A DNA stretch of 59,488 bases from an uncultured virus (IMG/VR IMGVR_UViG_3300047320_000091). Lineage: Duplodnaviria > Heunggongvirae > Uroviricota > Caudoviricetes. The notes beneath the pieces are model-generated. The model saw only the letters and a program-made list of their open reading frames with translations, searched no databases and was not told where the DNA came from. Below, piece by piece: positions 36,607-46,014 of the stretch; position 1 is the stretch's first letter; every line of letters begins with the position of its first letter. The stretch lies in IMG/VR virus record IMGVR_UViG_3300047320_000091; one strand, 5' to 3'. The translations under genes and the position numbers were made by a program.

Positions 36607-37773
36607 ATGTTCAGTAAGGAAATTGTCGACGCCATCGTGGCGGCGGCGAACGAGAACGGCTGGCCGGCGTCCGCGCTGCTCGCCGTTGTCGAATGCGAGA
36701 CTTCGGGGAAGCCGTTCGAACAGGACAACCACACCCCGTCGCTGCTCTTCGAGCGGCACAAGTTTTATTCCGAGCTTCAGTCGCACAAGCCGCTGAAGCT
36801 GAAGGACGCCATCAAGGCGGGCCTCGCCATCCCGAAGTGGAGCCGGAATACCCAGTACAAGGACCAGGGCACCTCGGCCGGTCGATTGAATGTCATCGCA
36901 AAAGCGAGGCAGATCGACGAGGAAGTCGCCAACAGAGCGGCGTCCTGGGGCCTTGGCCAGACCATGGGCTTCAATGCCGAACGCCTGCACTACGACAACG
37001 CCACCGCCATGGTGGACGAGTTGTCGAAGGGCATCGCCGAGCAGATCGACGCCCTCGTCCGGGAGATCAAGACCAGCAAGCTGGATCGTTTCCTGAAAGC
37101 CAAGGACTTCGCTTCGTTCGCCCGCGGCTACAACGGCGCCGGCTACAAGCAGAACAACTACGACGTCCGGATGCGCAACGCAGACGCTGTCTGGGCTCGC
37201 CGCCTGGTCAACGGCTTCGAAGCCAAGCCGGGCAAGACCATCACGCTGGTCTACCAGAGCAAGCTCAAGGAGCTGGGTTACCCGATCGGCAAGATCGACG
37301 GTGACTGGGGCGATCTGACCACGGGCGCCACGTCCGCGTTCCAGCGCAAGGAAGGCCTGAAGATCACGGGCCATCCGAACGATGAAACGACCGGGCACCT
37401 CGACAGCGTCGGCTCCGAGCAGGCCCGCCAGCCCGCGCCGGAGCGCCAGACCGCGACAGTCGACGACCTCCGCGCTGCTGGCTCCCAGACGGTCGAAGCT
37501 GCCGACAAGGGATCCCTGGTGTCGAAGGTTCTGGTTGGTGCTGGCGCCCTCGGCGGCGCGCAGCAGACCGGCATCCTCGATCAGGCCCAGGACATGGTCG
37601 GCCACGCGCAGACCGCCAAGGCCATCCTCGACTCCGTCAAAGACCTCGCCTCCGGCCTCGCGCCGTACTGGTGGGTCGGCGTGATCGTGGTCGGCTTCGT
37701 CATGTGGCGGCTCTACGGCGACGTGATCAAGCGTCGCCTCGAAGATCACCAGACAGGAGTTCACCTTGGATAA
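36607..37773 (+). CDS. Endolysin: N-acetylmuramidase (DUF3380-like) + peptidoglycan-binding domain + C-terminal membrane segment
   Basis: AV..CE.SG, LFERH.F, SWG..Q.MGFN, FARGYNG..Y..N.YD; DGDWG..T..A...FQ...GL. Confidence 0.9.
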   Translation: MFSKEIVDAIVAAANENGWPASALLAVVECETSGKPFEQDNHTPSLLFERHKFYSELQSHKPLKLKDAIKAGLAIPKWSRNTQYKDQGTSAGRLNVIAKARQIDEEVANRAASWGLGQTMGFNAERLHYDNATAMVDELSKGIAEQIDALVREIKTSKLDRFLKAKDFASFARGYNGAGYKQNNYDVRMRNADAVWARRLVNGFEAKPGKTITLVYQSKLKELGYPIGKIDGDWGDLTTGATSAFQRKEGLKITGHPNDETTGHLDSVGSEQARQPAPERQTATVDDLRAAGSQTVEAADKGSLVSKVLVGAGALGGAQQTGILDQAQDMVGHAQTAKAILDSVKDLASGLAPYWWVGVIVVGFVMWRLYGDVIKRRLEDHQTGVHLG

Positions 37774-38194
37774 GGCCATCGAAAAGGCCAGGGCATTCTT
37801 CGCGACCACGGCAGGCAGGGCACTTGTTGCCCTGTCCATCCTGGCGGCGATCATCGCCTACGCCCATCACCGCGGAGTCGTCTCGACCTCCGCAAAGTTC
37901 ACCGCGCAGGTGGAGCAGCTGAAGCAGCAGCTCGCCGACGCGCAAGCGAAGCCTGTTCAGCAGGAGCCCCCGTACTGGGAGTGCAACGGTCCCAAAGAGA
38001 CCCGCCACCCCAACTGCCGGGACGAGGACGCCGAAGCCGATCAGGCCGGCAAGCTGAAGCAGGCTGAAACGGCGAACGCCGCTCTCCAGAAGAAGGTCAA
38101 GGACTATGAAACGCAGCTGGCTCACCGGCCTGCGAAGGGCGGCAGTTTTGCTCTGTCTCCCGCTGACGCTCGCAGCCTGCAAAACATTCGGTGA
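37766..38194 (+). CDS. Inner-membrane spanin (Rz-like)
   Basis: N-terminal TM, coiled coil, after the endolysin. Confidence 0.65.
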   Translation: MDKAIEKARAFFATTAGRALVALSILAAIIAYAHHRGVVSTSAKFTAQVEQLKQQLADAQAKPVQQEPPYWECNGPKETRHPNCRDEDAEADQAGKLKQAETANAALQKKVKDYETQLAHRPAKGGSFALSPADARSLQNIR

Positions 38195-38399
38195 CGCGAC
38201 GCCCCAGGAGCAGATGGACATCCAGTCCTGCATGCGCCTGGCGAATGCCGTGGAGCTTCCCCCGATCAAGGCGGGTATGGATGCCCGCATCGTGATCGCG
38301 CGCTACCGGGCCGCCCTCGTGGCGGCAAACGCCAACATTCACGACACCAAGGCCTGCATGGCCCTGCTCGACCGGGCAGAACAGGACGGTAAATTCTAA
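38106..38399 (+). CDS. Outer-membrane spanin lipoprotein (Rz1-like)
   Basis: Signal peptide with lipobox LAAC; overlaps the Rz-like gene in another frame. Confidence 0.7.
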   Translation: MKRSWLTGLRRAAVLLCLPLTLAACKTFGDATPQEQMDIQSCMRLANAVELPPIKAGMDARIVIARYRAALVAANANIHDTKACMALLDRAEQDGKF

Positions 38400-38728
38400 T
38401 GGCTCTTTCCGACGTTACTCTGGACGCTGTCCTGAGCCTCGCCGGCCCCCTCATCGCCGCCACCGGCCTCATCTCCGGCGTCTGGTACCGGATGGAGACG
38501 AAGGTGGAGAGCGTCCGCCGCGATGCCGCCGACTCGGTCCACGCGGTCGAGAAGGAACTGTCCAACTTCAAGATGAAGGTCGTCGAGGAGTACGCCTCCT
38601 GGGACACCGTGCGCTCGATCGAGACCCGTCTGACCGAGCGGATGGACGGACTGTCGAATCAGGTCATGGCCATGCCGGACGCGGTGGTCGACCGCATCAC
38701 GAAGTTCCTCAATCTGAAATCGACCTGA
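38399..38728 (+). CDS. Single-TM coiled-coil protein (holin/antiholin-like)
   Basis: N-terminal hydrophobic helix plus coiled coil; in the lysis cassette. Confidence 0.55.
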   Translation: MALSDVTLDAVLSLAGPLIAATGLISGVWYRMETKVESVRRDAADSVHAVEKELSNFKMKVVEEYASWDTVRSIETRLTERMDGLSNQVMAMPDAVVDRITKFLNLKST

Positions 38729-38825
38729 TAAGCCCTGTGCGGGCCGGGACGCCCCGGCCATCTACCGACACCAAACCGCACACGCAGACCCTGAGGCCTC
38801 AGGGGCAGCCGGTGAAAGCCCGGCA

Positions 38826-39131
38826 TTAGCGCATGTTACGATATGCGTTGTTGACCTTTTCTCGATCGCTTGAGCCTCGCATGATCAGATCGACCGTGCA
38901 GGAGCCGACGCCGGGCCCGTTGCCGTATTCCTTTTGGCAAGCCCGTTCAGCGCGTGTCGCAAGATCAGGCGGGTTCATCGTCGTGAAAATCCCATAGGCA
39001 ATGCCGAGCACGGCGAGCACACCGCCGAGAACGAAAATCCGTTTATCCAAAGAATCCTCCCCAATGTGGGCGGTTCCAATATCCCGATCGGCCGGAGGTT
39101 GCAACCCGACTTTCCGACCAACCGTTTGCAT
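38826..39131 (-). CDS. Counter-oriented small membrane protein (moron-like)
   Basis: TM segment IFVLGGVLAVLGIAYGIF; two Cys; lower GC; start uncertain (39131 or 39152). Confidence 0.5.
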   Translation of the reverse strand: MQTVGRKVGLQPPADRDIGTAHIGEDSLDKRIFVLGGVLAVLGIAYGIFTTMNPPDLATRAERACQKEYGNGPGVGSCTVDLIMRGSSDREKVNNAYRNMR

Positions 39132-39209
39132 TATCCCGAAGCTCATTTGCATTCAAGCAAAAGTTATGGTAGTCCCTCAGGAAGAAATCCACAGCTCCTG
39201 AAGGACCCC

Positions 39210-41201
39210 ATGGCTCCGCCGCAAACGCCATCCGCTGAACGCGCCCGCAGAAAACAGGTCATCGAAGATCTGCTGAAGCAGGGGTATCACCCCCAGGGGC
39301 AGCGCGGCGGCATCGCGTCCGCGACGAAGACGGCGGAGCGCCGTGAGAACATCAATTATCCGAACTGGGTCCGCGCCGAAGAGGCGCTGAAGCGCAAGCG
39401 CAAAGAGAACTACGCGATCGACTGGTCGCTGTACGTTCCGCCGACACCCAAGGCTACCGTCACCTCTGGTGGCGAAGAACTGTCCGCCGAAGAAGTCGAC
39501 CCGTTGATCCGGGCGAAGACGCTCTCGGCCGAGGTTACCGAACTCATCACCCGATCGAAATACCCGGTCATCAATCCGGAAGCCGTCATCGTCGACACGC
39601 CAATGCTGCGGAGCTGGTCTGCCAAGCACCACCGCTACGTGGAGAAGGAAGGCAAGCCCCGGACCTGGATGGTCGAGACCCTGCGCGTCGCGCCGTACCG
39701 CGACCCCCGCGGCAAGAACTTCATCTTCACGGGCGCGCAGAACGATGCGCTCCTGCACGAGGAGTTCTGGGTCAACCTGAAAGCCTATGCTGCCTACATC
39801 GACGCCGAGATCATCGTTGGTCCTTGGACCTACGAAACTCAGTGGTGGTCCGAGAACGACCCACAGGCGCGCGAGTATGCCCCCGAGCTGGCTGAGCACC
39901 TGTGCTTCGGCCAGATGAAGATCGGCAGCAACTTCGTGTTCTGCGGCGAGATGAACACGCTGCCGACCGCGTCGCAGCCGATCTCCGACCTGGTCACGTA
40001 CAGCCGGGGCCGCTGGGCCGTGTTTCCGCACGCCAAGCGCCAGCTGAAGAGCGTCCCGTCGAATGACCCCAACGTCCAGGCCCATCAGGTCATGACGTCG
40101 GGCGCCTGCACGCGGCCGAAGATCATCCCGCGCAAGGCGGGCGTGAAGTCGCTGTTCCACCAGGTGGTGGGCGCGACCGTCGTGCAGTTCGACGAGGACG
40201 GAGACGTCTTCTGCCGGCAGATCACGGCTGACGACGACACCGGGGCGTTCTACGACCTCGACGCCTACGTGGCGAACGCAGAGGTGACCACGGGCCATCG
40301 GGCTCGTGCGGTCACGCTGCCGGATCTGCACGTCCGCAAGATGGATCAGGCGAACTGCATGGCCATCTTCGGGTGGGACATGCGGGGCGGCCGGTCGCAG
40401 TATCGAAACAGCATGATCGACGTTCTCGATCCCGAGAACCTCATCGGCCACGACATCTTCGACAACGAAGCGCGGAATCACCACCACGTCCACGACAACG
40501 CCTACAGCTACGAGATGGCCATCCGAGGCCGTGACAGCGTGGAGGAGGAGGTCGACCAGTGCGGTCGATTCCTGCTGACGGCGGTCGGCCTGAGCGACCT
40601 GATGCCGATGGTCACGGTTGGCGACCGGACCTTCGTCGTTGCGGAAGGCAACCACGACATCGCTCTGGAGAAGTACGCCCGAGAAGGCCGGTACCGAAAC
40701 GACGGCAAGAACGTCCGCTTCGGCATGCAGCTCGAAGACGCCTACCTGGACTATGTCGAGCGGCGCTCCATCGCCATCGACAATGACCAGCCGGTGCCGC
40801 GGTTCTCAACGTTGGAGCACGCCATCCGCCTGAAGTATCCGCAGCTCGGCGAGCGGGTGGTCTGGTGCCATGACGGCTACAGCCATCTGATCGACGGCAT
40901 CGAGGTCGGCAACCACGGCTTCCGCGGCGCGAACGGCGCCAAGGGTACGGTGGCAGGCTTTGCGCGGGCAGGGCGCAAGATGTCGATCGGCGACAAGCAC
41001 AGCCCCGAGATCATGGAGGGCGTGTACGTGGCCGGCGTCATCAACCTGCGCCATGGCTACAACAAGGGCCTGTCGGGTTGGGCGGTCACCGTGATCATCC
41101 AGTACCCGGACGGCAAGCGCTCGCTGCTGACGTTGCAGAAGGGCAAGTGGCGGCCGGGGCGTCGGGTCGTGCGCGTGCCTGCGCCGTCTCTCGCTGCCTG
41201 A
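39210..41201 (+). CDS. Large metallophosphoesterase-like protein resembling T5 A1
   Basis: DLH, GHD, GNHD, HG, GDKHS motifs; FIFTGAQN...H..F...L..Y region recalled from A1-like proteins. Confidence 0.7.
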   Translation: MAPPQTPSAERARRKQVIEDLLKQGYHPQGQRGGIASATKTAERRENINYPNWVRAEEALKRKRKENYAIDWSLYVPPTPKATVTSGGEELSAEEVDPLIRAKTLSAEVTELITRSKYPVINPEAVIVDTPMLRSWSAKHHRYVEKEGKPRTWMVETLRVAPYRDPRGKNFIFTGAQNDALLHEEFWVNLKAYAAYIDAEIIVGPWTYETQWWSENDPQAREYAPELAEHLCFGQMKIGSNFVFCGEMNTLPTASQPISDLVTYSRGRWAVFPHAKRQLKSVPSNDPNVQAHQVMTSGACTRPKIIPRKAGVKSLFHQVVGATVVQFDEDGDVFCRQITADDDTGAFYDLDAYVANAEVTTGHRARAVTLPDLHVRKMDQANCMAIFGWDMRGGRSQYRNSMIDVLDPENLIGHDIFDNEARNHHHVHDNAYSYEMAIRGRDSVEEEVDQCGRFLLTAVGLSDLMPMVTVGDRTFVVAEGNHDIALEKYAREGRYRNDGKNVRFGMQLEDAYLDYVERRSIAIDNDQPVPRFSTLEHAIRLKYPQLGERVVWCHDGYSHLIDGIEVGNHGFRGANGAKGTVAGFARAGRKMSIGDKHSPEIMEGVYVAGVINLRHGYNKGLSGWAVTVIIQYPDGKRSLLTLQKGKWRPGRRVVRVPAPSLAA

Positions 41202-41230
41202 TCGTTTGCGTGAATGCAAAAGGAGGAACT

Positions 41231-41701
41231 ATGAAGCCGCTCGTCTACCTGGCGGGCCCGATCTCCGGGCTCGACTTCGATGGAGCTACCGACTGGCGCC
41301 AGACAGCGAAGGAGCTGCTGCGCCAGTTCGGGATCAAGACGCTGAACCCGCTGCGGAGCCAGGAGCATCTGCGGAAGGTCGGCACCTTCACGAACGCCGC
41401 CGCTGAGACGGCGCGGCTCGAGTCTCCGATGTCGATGCCCAAGGGCCTCACGACGCGGGACCGCTGGGATGCCATGCGCTGCGACGTGCTGCTGGTGAAC
41501 CTGCTCGGCGCGAAGACCGTATCGATCGGCACCGTGATGGAGATCGCCTGGGCCGACTCGCTGCGCAAACCCATCGTCGCAGCGATCGAGCCGGACGGCT
41601 CCAATCCGCACGAGCACGCGATGCTCAACGACTGCATCGGCTTCCGCGTCCCGTCGCTCTGGGACGCAGCAGACGTCACTCGGCAGCTGCTTGCCTGCTG
41701 A
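41231..41701 (+). CDS. Nucleoside 2-deoxyribosyltransferase-like protein
   Basis: VYLAGPI; D......CD.LL; S.GT.MEI.WA. Confidence 0.85.
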   Translation: MKPLVYLAGPISGLDFDGATDWRQTAKELLRQFGIKTLNPLRSQEHLRKVGTFTNAAAETARLESPMSMPKGLTTRDRWDAMRCDVLLVNLLGAKTVSIGTVMEIAWADSLRKPIVAAIEPDGSNPHEHAMLNDCIGFRVPSLWDAADVTRQLLAC

Positions 41702-41731
41702 TTTGCTTGAATTGAAACGAGGAGAAGACAA

Positions 41732-42415
41732 ATGACGGTAGTGGTAGGACTCTCAGGCTTCGCGCAGTCGGGCAAGACCACGGCGGCGCTGTACCTGGAG
41801 CAGAAGTACGGCATCCGCCGCAAGCACATCGCCGAGCCGCTGCGGGCGATGCTCGCCGTGCTGTTGCAGGCGAACGGCATGTCGTCGGACGAGATCACGG
41901 AATACCTGGAGGGCGCCAAGAAGGAGCAGGTCATCCCGTGCCTGGGCGTCACCTCGCGCTACGCGCAGATCACGATCGGCACCGAGTGGGGCCGCGAGAT
42001 GATCAACCAGAACCTCTGGGCCAACACCTGGGCTGCCGGCGTCAAGGATGGCGAGTCCGTGATGAACGACTCCGTGCGCTTCCCGAATGAGGCCGCGGCG
42101 ATCCGCCAGCTCGGCGGCTTCGTGATCATGATCAAGCGTCCGGGGACCAAGCCGGCGAAGTTCAAGAACAAGCTGGGCGAGTTCCTCTACAGCAAGTTCG
42201 GCATCATGTGGGGCGTGCATCCCAGCGAGCGCATCGACCTGATCAAGCCTGACTTCATCATCCACAACGATGCGGACGTGGAGACGATGTACCGCGACCT
42301 CGATGCGGCCATGGCCAAGTATTTCGAGAAGACGCAGCTGATCAGCTTCAAGCACTCGCGGCAGGCCATCGCGGCTGCGCACGGCCTCGCACTCGCCACC
42401 GGGTTCAGCCGCTAA
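41732..42415 (+). CDS. Deoxynucleoside monophosphate kinase
   Basis: GLSGFAQSGKTT; GTEWGR; RFPNE; HPSE. Confidence 0.9.
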   Translation: MTVVVGLSGFAQSGKTTAALYLEQKYGIRRKHIAEPLRAMLAVLLQANGMSSDEITEYLEGAKKEQVIPCLGVTSRYAQITIGTEWGREMINQNLWANTWAAGVKDGESVMNDSVRFPNEAAAIRQLGGFVIMIKRPGTKPAKFKNKLGEFLYSKFGIMWGVHPSERIDLIKPDFIIHNDADVETMYRDLDAAMAKYFEKTQLISFKHSRQAIAAAHGLALATGFSR

Positions 42416-42792
42416 TGGCTGGGCTCGGGCTCAAATGGAAGCATGACGACAGGCCGCAGCGGCATGGATGGGCTCCAGGTGAGTACGTCCATAGCCGTTG
42501 CGTCGGTCAGTTGTGCCGGGAGCTGGAGGATTCCAGCTTCATCGGCGCCAAGCGGGCGATCATCTGCGCCGACTGTGCGTACGCGATGCCTGACGAGTTG
42601 CCGAAGCCGGTGAAGGAGAAGCTCGACCGCAAGGGCCTGCTCTTGGCGCTGAAAAGCGCGCTCATGGACATGGACTCGATGATCTACCAGCCCAACGATG
42701 AGCCGTGGACCATCTACAGGTCTCACACCGCGAAGTACACGGCCAAGCGGCGTGAGGCGGCGGTGCTCATCCAAGAGCTGATAGACGAATAA
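42415..42792 (+). CDS. Hypothetical protein
   Basis: GWAPG.Y...C...C...F.G.KRA..CADC motif. Confidence 0.7.
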   Translation: MAGLGLKWKHDDRPQRHGWAPGEYVHSRCVGQLCRELEDSSFIGAKRAIICADCAYAMPDELPKPVKEKLDRKGLLLALKSALMDMDSMIYQPNDEPWTIYRSHTAKYTAKRREAAVLIQELIDE

Positions 42793-42820
42793 GGCAACGG
42801 CCCCTCGCGGGGCCTTCGTC
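42784..42820. terminator. Hairpin at the convergence of the two arms
   Basis: GGCCCC-TCGC-GGGGCC flanked by GACGAA/TTCGTC. Confidence 0.55.
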
Positions 42821-42821
42821 G

Positions 42822-43097
42822 TTAGTGGCGGTAGGTCGAACCGCTGCCGTGCTGCGCGCCGGGGACGTTGAACGGGACGCTGTACCGCAGGTGCGGGTGC
42901 CCCAGCTCCTCAGCCACGATGCGCACGGCCTTTCCGGCCGTTGCCAGCTCACCGTCAGTGAGGATGCCGAAGTGGTCACGGATCACCTTCTGCAACACGG
43001 CGAGGGCCGGGATTTCCTCTTCTGCGGCGATGTTGATCAGGTTGCGGGAGCGGACTTGGCGGAAGACGACAAGGAAAGCTTGAAGGGTAACAGACAT
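42822..43097 (-). CDS. Hypothetical protein
   Basis: ATG after GAGG on the - strand. Confidence 0.6.
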   Translation of the reverse strand: MSVTLQAFLVVFRQVRSRNLINIAAEEEIPALAVLQKVIRDHFGILTDGELATAGKAVRIVAEELGHPHLRYSVPFNVPGAQHGSGSTYRH

Positions 43098-43274
43098 AAG
43101 AACCTCTTTGGGTGAGGCATCCGGACGGAGCATTCACGCCCCGTCCGTGCCAATACCCTAAGTGAGCTATATGGAAGCCCCTCGAAAGAGATTTTCGAGA
43201 TTTATTTTGGCCTGACCCACCACCGTTTGGTCATGCCGATCACGGAGGACTCCAGCTCGCCCAGCGCCTTGGCG

Positions 43275-43475
43275 TCAGTAGTCCCCGCTGTCGAGATAGA
43301 CGATCTGTTCTTTGTCGTGGGATGCGGATCGCACGACCTGGATTCCGTTCGTGCTGATCTTCCGCTCGGTCAGGTCGAACTTGACCATTGCCAGCGCGCG
43401 GGCTTCGGACTCCGCGATGACGATCGACTTCCCGCCCAGCCACATGCCGTCGAAGGTGATCTCGTAGACATTCAT
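43275..43475 (-). CDS. Hypothetical protein
   Basis: Coupled ORF in the - strand array. Confidence 0.55.
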   Translation of the reverse strand: MNVYEITFDGMWLGGKSIVIAESEARALAMVKFDLTERKISTNGIQVVRSASHDKEQIVYLDSGDY

Positions 43476-43684
43476 TGGCGCGACTCTCGCGGCAGCCGGG
43501 CGGCGCTCGCCAGCGTCTGGATCCACGCCGGGATCGAGGAGTCCTTGGTCAGGGCGTGGATGAACAGATCGTGGTTATGGATGTCAGCCTTCGGGATCAC
43601 GGCGTAGCCGTGTGTCTCCAGGATCTTGATCACGTCGCAGAGGGGATACCCGTAGACAGTTTTTCGGTGCTCGCCGTTTCTCAT
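43472..43684 (-). CDS. Hypothetical protein
   Basis: ATGA overlaps at both ends. Confidence 0.55.
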   Translation of the reverse strand: MRNGEHRKTVYGYPLCDVIKILETHGYAVIPKADIHNHDLFIHALTKDSSIPAWIQTLASAARLPRESRQ

Positions 43685-43869
43685 AGCTTTACGATGTCTC
43701 CGTTGCATTTGATGGTGAGCCACTCGTAGGGCTCCGCGAAGTAGGGATGGTCGTAGTAGAGCTTGCCGCACACGTTGCAGACGACATCACCGCCCGCGCG
43801 GTACATGTCGCCGGCCTCGATGCGCGCGAGCTGCTCGGCGGTCGGAACCGGTCGAGGTCGAAAGGGCAT
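43681..43869 (-). CDS. Small Cys/His protein
   Basis: RAGGD.VC..CGK.Y..HP...C.G..VKL. Confidence 0.6.
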   Translation of the reverse strand: MPFRPRPVPTAEQLARIEAGDMYRAGGDVVCNVCGKLYYDHPYFAEPYEWLTIKCNGDIVKL

Positions 43870-44112
43870 TCAGGCCTCCAGGTTCTTGACCAGCTCCCGC
43901 ACGTCGACGGGGGCCTTCTTCGTGCGAACAGGGCCATCGCCGCGGTCGCCGGCAGCGCGCCGCCGCTCGACTTCGTCCATCGCCTTGTTGATCTCGGCGC
44001 ACAGCTCCTCCTTGGTGGAGGGCTTGTCGCCGGGGGTGATCTTGAAGTTGCGCACCTTGCGGGTCGGATCGTTGAAGAGCCGATTCATCAGTCGCTGTTG
44101 CTCCGGCCCCAT
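43870..44112 (-). CDS. Hypothetical protein
   Basis: Coupled ORF. Confidence 0.55.
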   Translation of the reverse strand: MGPEQQRLMNRLFNDPTRKVRNFKITPGDKPSTKEELCAEINKAMDEVERRRAAGDRGDGPVRTKKAPVDVRELVKNLEA

Positions 44113-44603
44113 CAGCGGAACTCCACTGACGGGTGCTTGTGGCCCTCGGTGCAGATGGTGTCTCCGTTCGGACGCTTCTCCATCATGTTGCCGGGCTCCC
44201 CGCAGGTCGGGCAGAACCCGAGTCCGAGTCGCTTCTCTCGCTCGGCGAACCACGTCTTGATCTTGTGGTCGAGCTTCGGAGCCGTGGCATGCAGGCGAGA
44301 GAGACCGGTACCGATGCCATCCTCCGGCACCACGACCGTCTTACCCTCATCGAGCACCTTCTGGACGACATGCAGATCCTGCAAGACGAGGATCTGGCAC
44401 TGGATGCTGTCGTCGAAGAAAGCCCCAGGAGCCATGCTGGGCTTCCATTTGGTGACGACGCCGATCGCGTTGGGCTCGCCGCGCATCTGCGCTGCCTGCC
44501 CGCCGTAGCCCCGGCGTTCGACGTTGTCGCCGAAGACGTAGAACCTGTCCGGGTTCGCCTTCAGATCTTTGCGGTCGATCCACTTCTGTCTGATGATGGG
44601 CAT
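44112..44603 (-). CDS. Conserved phage protein (FGDN...GGQA..RG.PN motif) with C-terminal Zn ribbon
   Basis: YVFGDN, GIGTGL and CPTCG...C..GH motifs. Confidence 0.7.
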   Translation of the reverse strand: MPIIRQKWIDRKDLKANPDRFYVFGDNVERRGYGGQAAQMRGEPNAIGVVTKWKPSMAPGAFFDDSIQCQILVLQDLHVVQKVLDEGKTVVVPEDGIGTGLSRLHATAPKLDHKIKTWFAEREKRLGLGFCPTCGEPGNMMEKRPNGDTICTEGHKHPSVEFR

Positions 44604-45169
44604 CAGCAACCTGCCTCCGAGCACTCGCGGGCGATTTCAGCGGCGACGGCATCGAAGTCGATGTCGAGCGAACCGCTGACGGTGATGTTGACCTCCGGCT
44701 CGATCTCGCCGGGGACGATGATTGGCTCCTTGCGGAGCATGCTGACGACCAACGGCCAGCTCGGCGCGTCCTTCGAGCGGATCGGAGCCGGCACGACCTC
44801 GCGCCAGGTGGGCCAGTGCAGCCAATTCGTCTTCGACGACGGCTCCAGCAGGCCTGCCCAATCCGGGATCTCTTCCGGCCGCAGCAGCCCAGGTGGCGTG
44901 ACGAAGTAGAACTGGTCGGAGAACAGCCGCGCGCCGCGCTGCTTGAGCGGCTGCTTCACGTCCTTCTGGAAGTCGGAGCGCGAGACCTTGATCTCGTAGC
45001 TCGTGGCAGGACAGCCCTTCGTGGCTGCGGCTTCGATGACCCACAGGTCGATCGAGCGGTCTGCACCGCCCGCGTACCCGCACCCGATCCGCAGTTCCTG
45101 GCGCGCGACGGCGCCAGGCTTGTGTCTGCGGAGGAGTCCATCCCGAAGCATTTCGGTTGTGAACTTCAC
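44603..45169 (-). CDS. PD-(D/E)XK nuclease-like (MmcB-like) protein
   Basis: E....ID...YEIKVSRSDF..D...KQ; FYFVTP.GL....E.P.WAGL. Confidence 0.8.
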   Translation of the reverse strand: MKFTTEMLRDGLLRRHKPGAVARQELRIGCGYAGGADRSIDLWVIEAAATKGCPATSYEIKVSRSDFQKDVKQPLKQRGARLFSDQFYFVTPPGLLRPEEIPDWAGLLEPSSKTNWLHWPTWREVVPAPIRSKDAPSWPLVVSMLRKEPIIVPGEIEPEVNITVSGSLDIDFDAVAAEIARECSEAGC

Positions 45170-45179
45170 TGCGGGCTCC

Positions 45180-45695
45180 TTATGACGGTGAGACCCAGGC
45201 GCGGATGCGGCTGCGGGAATAGACCGCCTCGCGCACTCGACCGCCGTGGTTGCCGCTGATGACGATTGGGTCACCCTTGGCAGTGAATCCGGAGACGACT
45301 CCGACGTGTCCGCCGCCGCGGCGGCCCATGGTCACGACTGCTCCAACCTGCGGGGCGATGCGCTGGTGCTTCTCCCAGGAGAGGGCGCGGTCATCGACGT
45401 CTTGGGCGCCCGTGACCTTGCGGAGGAACGCCGAGCACCAGAGGGTGCTGCGAACGCCCACCTGGTGAGCGGTCTCGCCGACGAACTGGCGGGCGCGGTC
45501 GACGACGCCGACCCCTGCGCTGATGCCGCTCTGAAGGTCGCCGAAGAACGAGTGCTCCTGGGGAGCTGTGACGTTGATCTTGGCCACGCGAGCGTGGTGG
45601 TGATGGTGGTGATGATGCCTTGGACGTGCTTCAGCGGCCGAAAAAGACAAAGCGATGATCGCGGCGCCGACGAGCGCCGTGCTCAGGGTTTTCAT
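45180..45695 (-). CDS. Secreted CHAP/NlpC-like (TIGR02594-like) peptidase with His8 tract
   Basis: Signal peptide; WCSAF, GHVG and SGN catalytic pattern. Confidence 0.75.
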   Translation of the reverse strand: MKTLSTALVGAAIIALSFSAAEARPRHHHHHHHHARVAKINVTAPQEHSFFGDLQSGISAGVGVVDRARQFVGETAHQVGVRSTLWCSAFLRKVTGAQDVDDRALSWEKHQRIAPQVGAVVTMGRRGGGHVGVVSGFTAKGDPIVISGNHGGRVREAVYSRSRIRAWVSPS

Positions 45696-45720
45696 TTTTG
45701 GTAGCTCCGTTTGAGGTAAA

Positions 45721-46014
45721 TCAGACCGCCGAGTTGCGGGCAGCGATCCGTTGGCGGTCGGCTTCGACCGCGGCGTAGGTGGGCAGGCGGGTCCATTCGT
45801 CACCACGTTCGATGGCGAAGGCCTCCTGCACACGGCTGATGAAGAAGCGCGCAGCCTCCTCACCCATGTCTGCGAGGACGTTGCCCCCGCAGACCATTCG
45901 GAATTTGATGACGGGCTGCTCGCCCTCGCGTTCGACCTTGGTCGCGGCGAAGCCGATCGGGCCTGCTCTGACGACAGTGATGTTCGTGATCTTGGCGGTG
46001 ATGTTCTCGGTCAT
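45721..46014 (-). CDS. Hypothetical protein
   Basis: ORF with SD. Confidence 0.6.
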   Translation of the reverse strand: MTENITAKITNITVVRAGPIGFAATKVEREGEQPVIKFRMVCGGNVLADMGEEAARFFISRVQEAFAIERGDEWTRLPTYAAVEADRQRIAARNSAV

